Of a DNA stretch of 64,000 bases, positions 37,021 through 49,341 are shown one piece after another. The stretch comes from Octopus vulgaris (lineage: Eukaryota). Numbering within the stretch: position 1 is the first letter of the stretch; each line of letters opens with the position of its first letter. The notes under the pieces were generated by a model. It had not been told where the DNA came from, made no database searches, and worked only from the letters and a program-made list of their open reading frames with translations. A program made the position numbers and the translations under genes. The DNA is taken from positions 67,580,001 to 67,644,000 of the forward strand of contig OX597831.1 of the NCBI GenBank assembly GCA_951406725.2, in the 5' to 3' direction.

Positions 37021-40000
37021 ATGGCAAATCTTAGAATCGGTTGCTTGAATGTGAGAGGCCTCGGGTCACCTTGGAAACAGGGTCACCTGTTAAACGACCT
37101 GAGGTTTCATGATGTGGATGTAGCAGCCATCAGTGAAACCAGGCTCTCCCACCCGCAGGAACTCGCAGCCCTTTTCGGCGGATACGAGATATTTCTATCT
37201 CCGTGTCGGCCGGGAGCAGGCGGTGGTGGTACTGCGGTGTTGTTTCGGAAGGGCCTGGACCTGAAAATAAGGACAGTCTTCTTGGATCCGGAAGGTAAGT
37301 TGGTGGTCCTCGACGTCGACGGTAGTGACGGCGGTGCTTTCAGACTGCTGGCTGCCTACGCTCCGACAGGAGCAGGGCAGTCGGATTATTTCAAACGTCT
37401 GGAAGTTTTCCTGGGAACGTCACGCACTCTAGTGCTAGTTGGGGATTGGAACGCTGTCTTAGACGAACGTTTCGATCGGGTGGGAAGGGGAGCGTCTGAT
37501 AGGAGAGGGGGAGGGTGCAAGAGCCTCGCCAACCTACTCGGCCGCTTTCAGCTGTCCGACAGGTTTCGACTAGACAACCCGAATGTGCCAATGTGGACTT
37601 GGACAAACCGCATCGGGTCGTCTAGATCGTACTTAGATAGAGTGTTTTGTAGGCCAGCGGATAAGGACAGCGTAGGGTGTCCACAATTCCACCTAGTCGA
37701 ATATACGGACCACAAATTAGTGATCTGTACGGTCGACTTAGATAGGCTACATAGACAGGGACCCGGCTACTGGAAGCTGAACGCGTCGTTAACGGCGTGC
37801 AAAGCTTACAGAGACCGGATTAGTTTACTAGTTAAGCGGGCGCTCACGGGGGCAATCATCAACAACAACTGGTGGTTTGCCCTCAAGAGAGCAATTAGAG
37901 TAGAGTCGATTAGGTATAGTAAGACTCTAGCTATTGAACGTAGGAAGAGAGAGCGGGATTTAGTTAAGAAACTAGACGAGGCTCTTGACACTGGCATCGC
38001 GACCGACGTGTTGGCGGCAAGGTTGGCCCTCGACCAACACTTCGACGCCAAACACGAGGGCTGCGTTGTCAGAGCTAAGGCACGCTCGCTAAGCGGGGAG
38101 GGGACTAGAGCCGCTCGATGGGCCCGCGTGGCGGAGGCGAAGCGAGGCAACAGAGCAACCATTCGGTCTTTGGTGGACCAGAACGGGCGCGAGGTTACCC
38201 AACCGAAGCAGATGTGTACGGTGCTTCAGCGGCACTTTGCTCAACTGTTTGGGACGAGCGGTGGAACGGACACCAACGGTACAGACTTCGGTGTGTACCT
38301 GGACGGACTGCCGCAACTCTCGGACAGCGAGGCAGAGTGCTGCGAAGGACCGATATCTGCCTGGGAAGTACAGGAAGCGATGAAGAGTTGCACGAGAGGT
38401 AGATCGCCGGGTTTGGATGGTCTGCCCTACGAGCTTTACTTTTCAATGCCAGACTTGTTTGCGGACCTGTTGGCAAACGTCTACTGCAACTGGCAGCAAA
38501 ACGGGAGAATTCCTGCTTTTGTCTGTCGAGGGGTGGTGGCTTTGCTAAAGAAGGACCCAAACAAGGGGGACGTTATAGGCAATTTCCGGCCCATCACTCT
38601 GCTCAATGCAGAGTTGAAGATTTTGGCCAAGGTGCTAGCCAAGAGATTGGCGCTTGTCGTGGACAAGCTAGTCGGCAAGACGCAGACATGCGCCGTGCCG
38701 ACCAGGTCGATACACGACAACCTCCATCTCATGCGCTACATCATAGAGAGGGTGGGTAACGACGCTGGCGCGGGTGGGGCTTTGATCAACTTGGATCAGA
38801 GTAAAGCCTTCGATAGGGTCGACCATCGGTACCTGGCAGCTGTCCTCAGGGCAGCCGGCTTCGGTCCAGTCTTCCGAGGGTGGATCGCTTCTTTATACAG
38901 CAACATCTGCTCGGTGATACGGGTGAACGGTCACCTTTCGGAACCGTTCGTCATCTCGCGTTCGGTCCGCCAAGGATGCCCTCTCTCCTCCCTCTTGTAC
39001 ATTTTGACTCTCGAGCCATTACTGCGCAAGTTGGAGGCTTTGAGGGGTATCCCGCGCGATCTAGGAGGCGGAAACAGCGTGTCTGCCTATGCCGACGACG
39101 TCACCGTGGTGGTGTCGAGCCACAGGCACATTGGCCTGATTGGCGAGACGCTAAACCAGTACGAAGCGGTGACAGGAGCAAAGATTAACGCGGAAAAGTC
39201 TGTGGGCTTGCAACTGGGCACCTGGAGAGGCAAGCCCATGCCGTCCAACAGCGTCGTAGGGCGCTGGACAGACGGATCCGTTAAACTGCTCGGGGTCTGG
39301 TTCGGTCCGGACCTCCAGGTGGATAAGAACTGGGAAGAGGTGACGAGCAGGGTGGCACGTCTCACCCAGAAATGGGCCGAGAGGAAGCTGTCCCTGAAAG
39401 GTCGAGCGGAGGTGGCGAATGCGTACATCGCATCCGTCATCTATTACCGCTTGACCGTCGTCCCTTGTCCCGACCGCTGGTTGGCCAAGCTGGTACGTCT
39501 GCTCTTCGACTTTTTGTGGAAGGGTCAGGTGCCACTGGTCAGGCGATCCATCTGCTGTCAACGACCGCTGAACGGAGGCCTTGGAATGCCGTGGTTGCTG
39601 TTGCGCAGATATGCGCTCAGACTGCGGCATCTCAAGCGTTTCCTAGACGGTGAACAGGTGTGGTCGTCTTTTGTCAGACGCGATTTTCCGCAGCTCGTCT
39701 CTTTGACGGAGCTGCAGACCTGGATCAAACGTAGACCGAGAAAGGGCGCTTGGCACCTCGAGTGCCGTCAAGCTCTCTCCGCCCTCCGCCAGGCGGGCAA
39801 TGCGGTCGGTTACAGCTCCACTCTAGCGTTCTATAGAGGGTTAGTGGAGAAAAATGCGACGACGTTCTCGGAGAAACTCTAGGCGTTGAAGATGACGAAC
39901 TGAGCGGTCTGTTCGGGAGGACATTCGGGCAGGGGCCGATGGACAATTTCCTGAGGTCTCTCGCCTGGCAGTGCTACCGAGGGGCTCTGCCTGTTCGAGA

Positions 40001-40454
40001 TAAACTCTACCGGCACGGAAGTGCCGTCAGCCGGGCCTGCCCGAGGTGTTGCCAGGACGACGAAACCGTTCTGCACGCACTTGTTCAGTGCCCGAGTATT
40101 GCTGAAATATGGGTTTATGTCGAACAGCTACTGTCACGTGTAGGACGGATCCGACTATCGGCCGAGTCCATAGTGAAGATTGCCCCGCCGACCTCCTTTA
40201 ACAAGGAGGGCGAGGCCGTTTTCTTGTGCCTAGTGGCTGTGGCGAAAGAGGTCGTGTGGTGGACTCGTTTGAAAGGGCTAAAGACAGACACTTTCCTCTT
40301 TGGTCAAGGCCTCATCAACTTTTTCAAGTTTCACTTGAAAAGGAAGATGAGGTTAGAGAGGAAAGTGCTGTCCGATAGCAAGTTTTATGAAAGGTGGGTG
40401 AATTGTGCGAGACTGGCCTGTATAAATGGACCAGTTCTCAGGTTTCGCCTGTGA
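37021..40454 (+). CDS. ORF2p: APE endonuclease, reverse transcriptase, C-terminal Cys/His domain (one -1 frameshift at an A-run, ~39850)
   Basis: LNVRGL, ISET, VGDWN, YLDR, TDH; SPGLDGLP, FRPITLLN, DQSKAFDRVDH, RQGCPLS, YADD; CPRC..ETVLHALVQC. Confidence 0.95.
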
Positions 40455-40731
40455 TTTCAAAGAAAAAGGTAATGTAAAAGGAGAAGAAAGGGGACTCTCT
40501 ACACCCCCTTTTTGACCAGGCTCCCGTTGGCTTTTGTAGGGTTTTTTCCACCGGGAACATTTCGAGACGTCTCCCCCTTTTGGGAGTTTTTCATTGTTGA
40601 ATTTTATAAGTTGTTATAAAGATTTTTACTCGATGTTTTAAAAAAACGGACAAAACCCTTTGTAACCTTTCGTCCTGTCTTGTCCCTTCATGTAATCATG
40701 CGTGTCAGCCCTTGTGGCCAATAAAAAAGAA

Positions 40732-40764
40732 TTGATTATTATTATTATTAATATTACTATTATT
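40732..40764. repeat. (ATT)n-like spacer between the two Tx1 copies
   Basis: ttgattattattattattaatattactattatt. Confidence 0.85.
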
Positions 40765-40988
40765 CCTTCCGCCGCCGATGGACGTGTCTGAAAAGGCTCC
40801 GTGAATTTTGCACCAATTTCATTGGAAATTTATCGATAAGTTTTAATATTTTTTAATATTTTTGTAGCCAAACCGACCAGCTTCTTGCGGAGCTCGTCGG
40901 TTAGGCGAAATTTTTGCCCCATTCGGGGTGAAATTACGTTTTGAAATTTTGAACTTTGTCAAAATAACAAACTTTTAAACAAAAAAAA

Positions 40989-42012
40989 ATGGCTATGAAG
41001 CGAGCAGTTAGCTGTTCCTTCCTTCCAATTACATTCCCTCCGCAAACACACACGTTATCACCAAAAAAACACCCACTTCGTGCCGTAAAAGGCAACAGAG
41101 CTCCTCCTTCCGAAACGGAAAGCACGCGCACCGTTCGAAAGGAGAATGCTAGCCAGGACGTCGCGTTCGACGTCACTCCTGATTTCCCCCCTCTGCCTTC
41201 AACAAGTGATGTTGTACCGAAGGGGGAGGAAAGGAAAGTTATAACGGACACAAACACAGACAAGAACACAGAGAAAAATGTAAAAATTTCCAACAATTTT
41301 GCTTCTGCTGTGAAGCAAATTTCGGAGGAAGTTAAGACAACTTTAGAAGAAATAAAAAAAGCTAAAGAATTATTGAGAAAGGATGGCAACAGCATCTTCC
41401 TCAATACTCCACAAGAGGTGATTGAAGACACAAACAAAAAAACAATCACATACAAAGTTTTCGATAGGAAACTGAAAAAAATGACAAATGCCACACCCCA
41501 ACAGTTAGAGATAGCTCTAAAGCCCATTTGGGCCCAAAAGAGCTACGTAACCAAGAGGAAGCGTTTCGGAACCGTGGAGGTTCGCTTCCCAACAGAGGAG
41601 CTTGCAAGGGCGAACGCCATTTCGCCCTTGCAAACTGAGAATTTGTTACTAGTCCCAACCCACCTCGGGCGAAGAGTAACAAAAATAAAGATCGACCTTG
41701 TCCCCCCTGAACTAGATATGTCATGGCTGGAGGCAGCTGTCCTCTATGATATAGAGGACACTACCACCATTCTAGATGTCAGGAGAGTGAGGGAGAAAAA
41801 CTGGTTGGGGATGGGAGTGCTGCTTCTTGCGCAAATTCAGCAAGAAAATATCAGCAAAGTCCCTGATTTCGTGAGTTTGCCGGACGGCACCAGGCTAAAC
41901 GTTGCTGTGGAGGGGCGAAAGCCAAAATGTTTCCTCTGCAGCAGCGAAAGCCACTTAAAGAGGGACTGCCCCATTCAAAAAAAGAGGATGGAGGCTTACA
42001 GCAAGAGGCAGC

Positions 42013-42055
<43 letters not shown>

Positions 42056-42842
42056 GAAACAACAACAACAGAAACAACAACAGAAACAGCACGAAACACC
42101 AAAAGCTGCCACACCACCAACACCATCACCAGCACCAAGACGAACAACACCACATCCAACAACAACAAACACCACCAAACCAACACCGACACCAGTACCT
42201 CGAAGGTCGACAGCAGCAACATCAACAGCAACAGGAGCAGCGGCATCACCGATACCGGCGGAACCAAAAACCTTTCGTCCTGCTACTGAAGCAGACCCCT
42301 CAACCATTCCTTTGCCGGATGAAGAGTCGGATTGTGCGAGCTCTGATTCCAACAAAGGAGAATGGAGTATAGTGCCTCCAAAGAAGAAAAGGAGGAAGAA
42401 ACAAAAAGATTTACAGGGGAAGCACGAACAAATAGTGCTTCCAAACATCAACGACAACATCAACAACAACACACATTCACAACAACAAACAACAACAACA
42501 ACACTTTCGACACCACTACTGCCATTGCCACTGCCACAGACACAAACACACACAGACACAATTACATCAATAAACACAAAGAACCAAAAACTAGTGGAGT
42601 ACTTAAAAAACAAAACTAGTACAAATATAACCGATTTCATCATACCAACACAAAACACACCACCAGCACACATTCTCACAATAAAAATAAATGCAAAAAC
42701 ATATGATGAAATCAAACAAATATTCCCTAACGATGTGGGATCGCTAGGGAAAAGTTTCTCGAAGAAACTTTATAAAAACATTGTGGAAGCACCCGTGCAA
42801 AAGCACAAGGGAGCCACCCCCACCACCAACAACAGTAAGTAG
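40989..42842 (+). CDS. ORF1p (617 aa): predicted coiled coil, RRM-like region, CCHC knuckle, polyQ, Pro/Thr linker, basic patch
   Basis: Open ORF; CX2CX4HX4C; KKKRRKK. Confidence 0.9.
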
Positions 42843-42878
42843 AGCCTTTTTTCTCCTTTTTTTTCCCTACTTTGAGAC

Positions 42879-44351
42879 ATGGCAAATCTTAGAATCGGTT
42901 GCTTGAATGTGAGAGGCCTCGGGTCACCTTGGAAACAGGGTCACCTGTTAAACGACCTGAGGTTTCATGATGTGGATGTAGCAGCCATCAGTGAAACCAG
43001 GCTCTCCCACCCGCAGGAACTCGCAGCCCTTTTCGGCGGATACGAGATATTTCTATCTCCGTGTCGGCCGGGAGCAGGCGGTGGTGGTACTGCGGTGTTG
43101 TTTCGGAAGGGCCTGAACCTGAAAATAAGGACAGTCTTCTTGGATCCGGAAGGTAAGTTGGTGGTCCTCGACGTCGACGGTAGTGACGGCGGTGCTTTCA
43201 GACTGCTGGCTGCCTACGCTCCGACAGGAGCAGGGCAGTCGGATTATTTCAAACGTCTGGAAGTTTTCCTGGGAACGTCACGCACTCTAGTGCTAGTTGG
43301 GGATTGGAACGCTGTCTTAGACGAACGTTTCGATCGGGTGGGCAGGGGAGCGTCTGATAGGAGAGGGGGAGGGTGCAAGAGCCTCGCCAACCTACTCGGC
43401 CGCTTTCAGCTGTCCGACAGGTTTCGACTAGACAACCCGAATGTGCCAATGTGGACTTGGACAAACCGCATCGGGTCGTCTAGATCGTACTTAGATAGAG
43501 TGTTTTGTAGGCCAGCGGATAAGGACAGCGTAGGGTGTCCACAATTCCACCTAGTCGAATATACAGACCACAAATTAGTGATCTGTACGGTCGACTTAGA
43601 TAGGCTACATAGACAAGGACCCGGCTACTGGAAGCTGAACGCGTCGTTAACGGCGTGCAAAGCTTACAGAGACCGGATTAGTTTACTAGTTAAGCGGGCG
43701 CTCACGGGGGCGATCATCAACAACAACTGGTGGTTTGCCCTCAAGAGAGCAATTAGAGTAGAGTCGATTAGGTATAGTAAGACTCTAGCTATTGAACGTA
43801 GGAAGAGAGAGCGGGATTTAGTTAAGAAACTAGACGAGGCTCTTGACACTGGCATCGCGACCGACGTGTTGGCGGCAAGGTTGGCCCTCGACCAACACTT
43901 CGACGCCAAACACGAAGGCTGCGTTGTCAGAGCTAAGGCACGTTCGCTAAGCGGGGAGGGGACTAGAGCCGCTCGATGGGCCCGCGTGGCGGAGGCGAAG
44001 CGAGGCAACAGAGCAACCATTCAATCTTTGGTGGACCAGAACGGGCGCGAGGTTACCCAACCGAAGCAGATGTGTACGGTGCTTCAGCGGCACTTTGCTC
44101 AACTGTTTGGGACTAGCGGTGGAACGGACACCAACGGTACAGACTTCGGTGTGTACCTGGACGGCCTACCGCAACTCTCGGACAGCGAGGCAGAGTCCTG
44201 CGAAGGACCGGTATCTCTCTGGGAAGTACAGGAAGCGATGAAGAGTTGCACGAGAGGTAGATCGCCGGGTTTGGATGGTCTGCCCTACGAGCTTTACTTT
44301 TCAATGCCAGACTTGTTTGCGGACCTGTTGGCAAACGTCTACTGCAACTGA
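42879..44351 (+). pseudogene. Truncated ORF2 (endonuclease and start of RT)
   Basis: TGG->TGA at 44349, then the remainder is lost. Confidence 0.9.
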
Positions 44352-44359
44352 CAGCAAAC

Positions 44360-44743
44360 CGTGGCCATGCTGGAGCACCGCCTTTAGTCGATCGAGCAAA
44401 TCGACCCCATGACTTATTCTTTTGTAAGCCGAGTACTTATTCTATCGGTCTCTTTTGCCGAACCGCTAAGTTACGGGGACGTAAACACACAAGCATCGGT
44501 TGTCAAGCGATGTTGGGGGGACAAACACAGACACACAAACATATACACGCACATACATATATATATAAACGCATATATACGACGGGCTTCTTTCAGGTTC
44601 CGTCTACCAAATCCACTCACAAGGCATTGGTCGGCCCGAGGCTATAGTAGAAGACACTTGCCCAAGGTGCCCCGCAGTGGGACTGAATCCGGAACCATGT
44701 GGTTCGTAAGCAAGCTACTTACCACACAGCCACTCCTACGCCT
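44360..44743 (-). mobile_element. SINE family A (tail clipped)
   Basis: Matches the other copies; lacks the last ~25 nt. Confidence 0.9.
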
Positions 44744-44890
44744 ATTATTTATTTTAATTTATAACTATAACTATTCTTTCATAACTATCTGTTTTTACGA
44801 ATGTATATATTTTAAACTTCAATGGTTCACTGTATTCTTCCTTTTTAATGCTTTCATTATGTTTCAAATAAGTTAAATTTCTTTGTACGT

Positions 44891-45005
44891 TGTTCCCTGA
44901 AGATATTCTCACTAGTAGTAATTAACTAAATTGATTTAGTTAAATTAAATTAAATTTGGTTCATTTATGCTGCAAGTGATGAATTGAAACAATTGTAGGT
45001 CTGTC
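44891..45005 (+). ncRNA. Candidate type I hammerhead with extended stem II (Penelope-type)
   Basis: cc-CTGAAGA(44897)-tattctcact...agtgatgaatt-GAAAC-aatt-GTA-gg; stem I is weak. Confidence 0.5.
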
Positions 45006-45169
45006 TTATCGATGTATTAATAAACTTTTGTTAATCTTATCTCCATCGTCTCTATTGGTTTCTAATAATAATAATATACATGTACGTGTCTATATCGTTA
45101 GGTATTCAAACAGTATAATCTTGGATATTTTTATCCTTCCGAGGTTTAAACCCTCACCTGCACTTTGAC

Positions 45170-45207
<38 letters not shown>

Positions 45208-45209
45208 TC

Positions 45210-45241
<32 letters not shown>

Positions 45242-45254
45242 GTGTGTGTGTGCG

Positions 45255-45490
45255 TGTGTGTATTTGTTTTTGTGCCTATTTTTGTACGCCACCACCGCTT
45301 GACAATCGGTGTTGATGTTTTTACGTCCCCTTAAGTCAGCGGTCCGGCAAAAGAGACCGGTAGAATAAATACAAGGCTTTAAAAAGAATAAGACCTAGGT
45401 CGATACATTCGACTAAAAACCTTCAGGGGGGGGGCTCCAGCATGGCTGTAGTCAAATGACTGGAACAAGTAAAAGAATAAAAGAAGAGAA
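45255..45490 (+). mobile_element. SINE family A, diverged 3' half
   Basis: cggcaaaagagaccgg..ctccagcatggctgtagtcaaatgactggaacaagtaaaaga. Confidence 0.75.
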
Positions 45491-45850
45491 TATATTAAAT
45501 TCGTTTATGGTAACGTTACGGGGATGCAAATAAAGCTCCTATTTCATTATGCCGGTTACTGACTAGTGAGTCAGTTTTTCGGGGTTGCACCATGGTTATA
45601 CCGATGAAATACCCACACAGCTAGATTGGTCTCCATACATTGTGGGTGTATCACATCCCTCTGTGATACACCCACTAATGCAGTATCGCCTGCTGAAATG
45701 AATTAATGATGATGATCAACCGGATGCCCCAGAATAATACGAACTATACGAAGGATACGGACTCTGATGTTAAAGTCATATGACTTGTGGAAACGCGTGT
45801 GACGAGGTATTAAATAATTATAAATTTCCTTCTGAAATTATTGTTACACA

Positions 45851-45956
<106 letters not shown>

Positions 45957-46058
45957 TATATATATAATTAAATAAGGGTAGAAATGGATATTAATCAATC
46001 AAAACCAGTAGCTTAGCATATTTTTAAAAAATCCGAAAATTAAAAATTGTGTTACATA

Positions 46059-46904
46059 CAAAATTAAGAGGAATGACCACTAAAGTAGACACCTAATATG
46101 CTAAACATAGACGTCAAGAGTATGTTCTTAAGAAAAATCTTAGCAAAACGGCAAAATGTAAAAATGAGCAAGGCAAATGAAAATATATGAAATACAAAAC
46201 GATTACCCACGTACCATGGTTTCACTTGTTAATATCTACGTATGCAAACATGCAGATATCTGGAAGATCATCAGCATAATCTGTCGCTTACAAAACAAAA
46301 TTTCCAGAACTAGATACAGAATGCTCAACAGAAATCGAGCATGTATTAAGTTCTACATGTAATATTGGGTGTATTTTTCGAATGTCTTCACTTTGGCGCG
46401 CAGAGGCCAGAAATTACTCTGCAGTTAATAAAGTTCAGCAGCCAATTTACCGGTTAGAGATTTTTTTTATTTAAAATTAAATAATAAGGGTAGAAATTGA
46501 TATTTAGTGGTTTAGCATATTTAAAAGTCCGAAGATTAAAAATTGTGTTACATATAAAATTATTTGAAAAATACACCCAAATATAAATTGTAGAACTTAA
46601 TACATGCTCGCCTTCTGTTGAGTGTTCTATATCTAGTTCTGGAAATTGTGTTTTGTAAGCGACAGACAACGCTGACGATCTGGCAGATATCTGCGTGTTT
46701 GCATGCGTAGATATTAACAAGTGAAACCATGGTACGTAAGTAATCGTTTTTTATTTCATATATTTTCATTTGTCTAGCTCATTTTTACATTTTGGCGTTT
46801 TGCTGAGATTTTTCTTAAGAACACACTCTTCGTGGTAATGGCGATTTGACGTCTATGTTTAACATATTAGGTGTCCACTTTAGTGGTCATTCCTCTTAAT
46901 TTTG
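46059..46904. mobile_element. Fold-back MITE with ~330-bp diverged TIRs and TA flanks
   Basis: TA|caaaattaagaggaatgaccactaaagt ... cttaattttg|TA. Confidence 0.8.
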
Positions 46905-47236
46905 TATATATATATATATATATTGATGAGGAAAACGGAAAATGAATTTGGTACGTATACATACATACATACATACAAGTACTACATATCCATACATACA
47001 TACATACACATGCACTTATATATGCATATATATTAGGAAATGTATTCATATGTATATGTATGATGTATGTGTGTGTGGATGTGGACGTGCGTACCTGTAG
47101 GTAAAAAGATATATGTAGATATGATAGTGAAAGTACTTGTATATGTGTTCATCCACTATGATACGCATGTATCTCTGTTTGCATCAGTGTGGTGGGATGT
47201 GAATGAGTGTGTCTCAGAACGAGTGCGTGTGTGTGT

Positions 47237-47288
<52 letters not shown>

Positions 47289-47476
47289 TTGGAATTTGAC
47301 TGAGGAAATCCCTTCAAGTATGAGAAAACACAAAACACTGAACCTCTGAATTGTGACATCAGGACACTAACACACAAGAAAAAAGACTACAAGCAGATTC
47401 GCAGACGCATGTGCATACAACAAAGTTATGTGTACTGAAATAAGACACGGTCTATTCAGATACGTTATTAGTGAGA

Positions 47477-48686
47477 CTAGCAGAAGGACAGCCCTTCGGG
47501 CGGTTTCTGCTAGACCCTTGCTAATATTTTCATATTTGATTCCCAATTCTAATGATTTTTATATTTTACGTCTAATTATTCCTTTGTATAATAGTGCTCA
47601 CTTGTTTAGTAAGTATTGAATTCATTATTTTATTACAGTCATAATTTCTCCTTTTTAAACAAACATCACGGTAGTCCAATAACAGAGGGAGAAGCAGTTT
47701 TTCAAGTTTTACCTTTCCCTCAAAGCAACATAGAGATTTCAATTCAGTAAGCTTTGCAGTGTGTGAGAGAGAAAGAGGGGAGATAGAGAACATCGCGACG
47801 CATCTTAGCAAGTATTAATTGAGTTACAAAGGATTTGCCGGTATCTCTAGCAATATCGAAGAAAAAAATGCCGCCCGCCTATTTTTCAACGGCACTGACG
47901 ACAGTTTCGTACACCAGCCTCTGATCAGGGAGCAATTTCGGTTCATTTACTCTCAGGTACTCCGCAAGGCCATCAGCGTAATACGACAACTCCAGAAGTA
48001 ACTTTGGTGGGAGTGTGTTAACGTCCTGTCGCAATGAGGCTGGTAAACCGAATGTGTTCAACGCTGCCCCACCCATTTTGAGCAAGGCATCCTCGATTTC
48101 AATCAGCGCATTGTTGTAGATCAGGTCATTGTATCCAATGTCAGCATTAGGGAACTGTTGCTTTGCCAGTCATCATTTGCCTTGACCACCGAGAAAGCAA
48201 AATTACTTGCACGATTTTCACTAAGAAATAAAAATCAGATTTTTTGCGTAGAATCAACTACCCTGGCCTCCTAATATGCTACAAAACCCTTTTTTGTGGT
48301 CCGAGAAACGGGGTGTGGTGTGATGGAGACCTCGGAAATTTTACCCATTTGTATTGTGTAAGTCACTGACAAATTTTTACCTGCCTCTTTGTTTCTATGT
48401 TGTTAAATAAATGGATTCTCAACAAAACACTTTTTTCCTCGGCGTAAAATAAAAACAACTCTTTCCATCCCAAAGTAATGTGTGTGTGAGAAAGATGAAC
48501 GATTTAAAATAAATAAATGATTTAAAATAAATATATTTTAACTGTTGTGTGAGAAAGCATATATAATCTGATTATAAGATATAGTTCCTTTCAAAAACAT
48601 CTTAAATTTGAATACTATATCTCGTGTTTAAGAAAAAAGAGAACATTTTACATTTTTATTTTTGGTGAACGCTGTCACTTACCCTC

Positions 48687-48745
<59 letters not shown>

Positions 48746-49022
48746 TACATCAATACACTTCTCACTCCCTCACACATACACACACATTTTCACTTCGCTA
48801 TGGCCAGAAGGAACTTAACTCATGTTAGCAAACTTCAAAATTGGTAAAAGTTAAGGTTGAAAATCGATTACTGCGGGTGCTTCAAGGAAAATAATTTGAC
48901 GAAAATACAGCTAGGGTCGTGACAAATGTCCTCCTAAAATTAGAGCGACATGCGTGCTAATTTGTGGACGTGCATAAATTACATTCACGTACACACACAC
49001 ATCCTACCTCTTATATATACAT
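47477..49022 (-). mobile_element. Non-autonomous Helitron with a RepHel fragment (47815-48210)
   Basis: IYNNALIEIEDALL..FGLP..ELSY..EPKLLPDQRLVYETV..GGIFF..TGKSF (just upstream of and into the PIF1 Walker A); shares ~1.2 kb with 61829-63563. Confidence 0.75.
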
Positions 49023-49273
49023 ATTTCTTAGAACATTAATTTATAAAAAATATTTCCAGATGGTCAAGCTTTTAATATTGGTTTCTTTTAGTACTTTTAG
49101 TAATTGTTACATACCTATGAAATAAGCAGCTTTCCCCGTTATAGTATAGGCTGCAAAAGGCGACGGAAAGACCCTCTGTAACAAATAATCCCAAGGACGT
49201 AACAAATATTTCAGTACACGATATTACAGCAAGAATCTTGGAAACAAATATAAAAACTACATACGCACGCACG

Positions 49274-49341
<68 letters not shown>

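Larger units (their letters stand above)
35664..40731 (+). mobile_element. Young Tx1/L1-clade LINE copy 1 (5' end lost in the gap)
   Basis: ORF1 remainder, complete ORF2, and 3'UTR ending gcccttgtggccaataaaaaagaa. Confidence 0.95.
40765..44358 (+). mobile_element. Young Tx1/L1 LINE copy 2 (5'UTR, intact ORF1, ORF2 truncated)
   Basis: ORF2 nearly identical to copy 1; ends abruptly at a SINE. Confidence 0.95.

Noticed and set aside
42835-42876. GTAAGT...polypyrimidine...AG across the ORF1 stop, which would fuse ORF1 and ORF2 in frame
   Set aside because: Only 42 nt long, and copy 1 lacks the acceptor AG (tgaaac); most likely an ordinary pyrimidine-rich inter-ORF spacer.
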